From Obrimoposthia wandeli (taxonomy: Eukaryota), in the NCBI GenBank assembly GCA_977020255.1, contig CDROCS010001000.1, positions 496,001-560,000 on the forward strand: DNA of 64,000 nt, written 5' to 3'. Below are positions 61,500-64,000 of this stretch, one piece after another. Position 1 is the stretch's first letter. The number at the start of each line of letters is the position of its first letter. The translations under genes were made by a program, and so were the position numbers. The notes below the pieces were generated by a model, which was given only the letters and a program-made list of their open reading frames with translations, was not told the origin of the DNA and made no database searches.

Positions 61500-62218
61500 G
61501 TATGGACTTTTGAAATAGGACTAGAACCTTTACCTATATAAGCAATAGAGATCTGTGTTTAAAAAAAACACATTCCGATAAGAGAATAATAAAAATCATA
61601 TTTCATCTACTTAAATTTGTATTTAATAAGTATTCTATTATATTTAATCATTTTACTACAGGGACCAGTAAAATTTGTCTGTTATACTTCAGGTTGCTTT
61701 ACATATATTTAAAGCATAAGTTTTACTGGTACTATCTGACGTTGTGTTATAAGCAGGGATCCGAAACAAGCTCGATTTATGCGTTTGACACGTAAAATAT
61801 TTTTTAATAATATTTTTTGCAGACACTGAACATTTTTGGTTATACGTTGTTTAAATATATATTTATTCATACAATTTAAATGAAATGCCTGAGCTAATAC
61901 AGATAATAAGCAAAAAATCACCAGTACTCTCAAATTACAGTGCAGAGAAATGCACCAGAAAATACCATCTTAAGGGAAAATTGAAATTTAATAAAAATTC
62001 AAAAATCTAACATTTATAAATATACTGATATTAAATGAGAGTATATACATGGATGATAAGGATTGTACATGATAAATAAGATCACTAACTTTTTCCTAAA
62101 TACACATTTCCTAATTCTAGATACATTTTATTTTAAACATTTGATTATGATATGCTAAAAATGTCATAATGAATGTTGGTTTGTCAAATTTGATGTCAAC
62201 TCATTCATTTTGAATTCA

Positions 62219-62590
62219 TCAGTCGACATCATGTTGAGACATTATTTTTTTAAAAGTGTTTTCTGTTTTTATTGCATCAGCAACTGTTACATTACGTAAT
62301 GGTACACTATCATCGACATCAAATTTGCCTTCTACGTCTGTATTTGGAGAGCCTGAGGTAACAGGCATTATAATACCCCGATCAGAAGTTTGAGCACAAA
62401 CAAATACATTATCATCAATATATGGATCATGGCTGACTGTCGTATCTGAGGGCGAAGACAAAAACTGAGCAATTCGTTCAAAAAAAATGTCAAAGTAAAC
62501 ATAAAAGTCTACATCTTTCACATCACGATCTGCTGGAGCTTCTTGAGGTGAATGTCCAAAATCGCAATGCTTAAACCAGTTGGCAATCAT
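62219..62590 (-). mobile_element. Tigger/pogo transposase C-terminal fragment
   Basis: IANWFKHCDF...YIDDNV...SDRGII...VTVADAIKTENTFK matches the Tigger-derived C-terminal pattern (I.NCF.H.GF; ++DD.+; T..+A+..+.TL). Confidence 0.65.
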
Positions 62591-64000
62591 TTCTAATTTG
62601 AACTTTTTTCCACGCTTGTCATATCAATTGAATTGAATCGTATAACGTTATGACGAGTTATCTGTATTTTAGTGTATGATGTTTTGCTCATTATAGACAA
62701 AGGATTACACAGGAAAATAGTTTTAATTAAATTTATGTACAAATAAACATATAAAAAGGTGCCATGATAAAAAAAGAATTAAAACTTTTAACCAACCCTG
62801 ATGAATTAAATAGACAAAAAACTATGACAACCACGTTTAATCACACAATGGTCGGATAGCATATCTCTTGAAATGTCAGATAAACCTATATTACGACAGT
62901 ATATTCAGAATATAGAAAACATGGATTGCTTTAGAAGACTATTTAAAGTTCAAGGATAAAAAATAAAACTTCAATTATTTTTTAATAAATTAATAAGTAT
63001 TGTAGATAAATATTTATAAGTCAAAATTAAATTTATATCAAGTAAAATAATTCATTTTCAAGTATAAGATTATGTTTATTATTTAAATCTAAAGCCGTAA
63101 ATCTTTTAATGAAAACTGTTTAGTATTTTTATGTTTTATTTCAGTATAAATAAATTAGATAAAACGAGTATTTATAAATGTATCAAATTGTACCTTCCTT
63201 TTAGTCGATCAATAAAGCTTAAGTTAATTTTATAGAGGCTGTGCTTTCTTTTTCTGACATTTTTTTTAAAATTTGCTTCAGTAGGTGCCTTTACTAGTTT
63301 CAAATGTATTAATAAACCCAACAGTTGCTTGCAGGTGTGTTGCTAGTATACCACAAATCTGTCCGAGGGAATTATCACAATCCATACAGCAATCGCCCGC
63401 TTCTTGTATTGAGCAAAAGTTGCAGAAGTGTACTGTTTGGCGCATTTAATTTTATCTTGTGTCACTTTCTTTTCGGTACCATTTGGAACATAAAAAGTAT
63501 TTCATTAACTGTTAATTTTGAACTTAATTACGTATTAGTTTAACTTAGCACATTGATACTGTTGGGGTTTCTATATGAAACTACTGGATCCTCTGATGGA
63601 GGCCCCCAACGTGAGTTCTATAGAAGTAGGACTTGTAGTTGTTTGTGGCCTATTTAGATTGTGCTTACCTGTCTCAATGTCAAATCTGAAGGTTTGTTTT
63701 TGCTTGTTGTTGTGGAGTTGTGTGAAGAGCTGTGTATATGGTATTGGAAAAATTCCCTTGGTGTGGTGTAATATATGGAGTAGTTGGCGTTTTCTTTAAG
63801 TTCAAATACTTGTTCAACACAACGCTGTTTAATTGTAGGAAAGCTTTATTATTTAAAACACACTATGTTACGTTTCTAAAAAACGACAACAACTAATCCT
63901 AACTTCTCTTCACTAAACCTCACACAGATGGGGATGTCTTACGTATCGATTTTATAATTTATTCAGTTGAAGCGTTTACTTCTTATGATTTTATCGTAAA

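Noticed and set aside
63540-63800. GT-rich stretch with a 74-aa ORF
   Set aside because: No recognisable domain; probably a retroelement remnant that I cannot assign.

Overview
AT-rich animal (metazoan) genomic DNA; the species cannot be determined from the sequence. The host scaffold is two tandem + strand MATE/SLC47 transporter genes. The 3' half of one (8 exons, 2951-22878) and the 5' half of the next (9 exons, 47818-61499) each splice into an open frame. Introns and intergenic DNA are packed with decayed Maverick/Polinton (adintovirus-like) elements of at least two families. One is near-complete (element C, 27510-41761): integrase with chromodomain, A32-like packaging ATPase, penton, PZ-like protein, major capsid protein, adenain protease and protein-primed PolB. 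Partial elements lie at 1-1400 (E), 10072-16210 (A), 23560-27370 (B), 41762-42144 and 53930-57864 (D). The most unusual signal is an accessory module shared by both families: a roughly 175-aa TATA-binding-protein-like gene beside a family of putative OB-fold/SSB-like genes. In family C the TBP-like gene has a spliceosomal intron that hides it from ORF calling, and it sits behind a promoter rich in CCAAT boxes. Element C also has a spliced pPolB leader containing Trp/acidic repeats resembling an activation domain and an adenain-type cleavage site, plus a DEDD/Maelstrom-like nuclease gene. Together these suggest an intron-bearing Maverick lineage with its own transcription-related toolkit (inference). 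Tigger, mariner, LINE, Penelope-like and hAT-MITE debris and a tRNA-Leu pseudogene are also present. All calls come from manual translation and motif recognition; no database searches were run.
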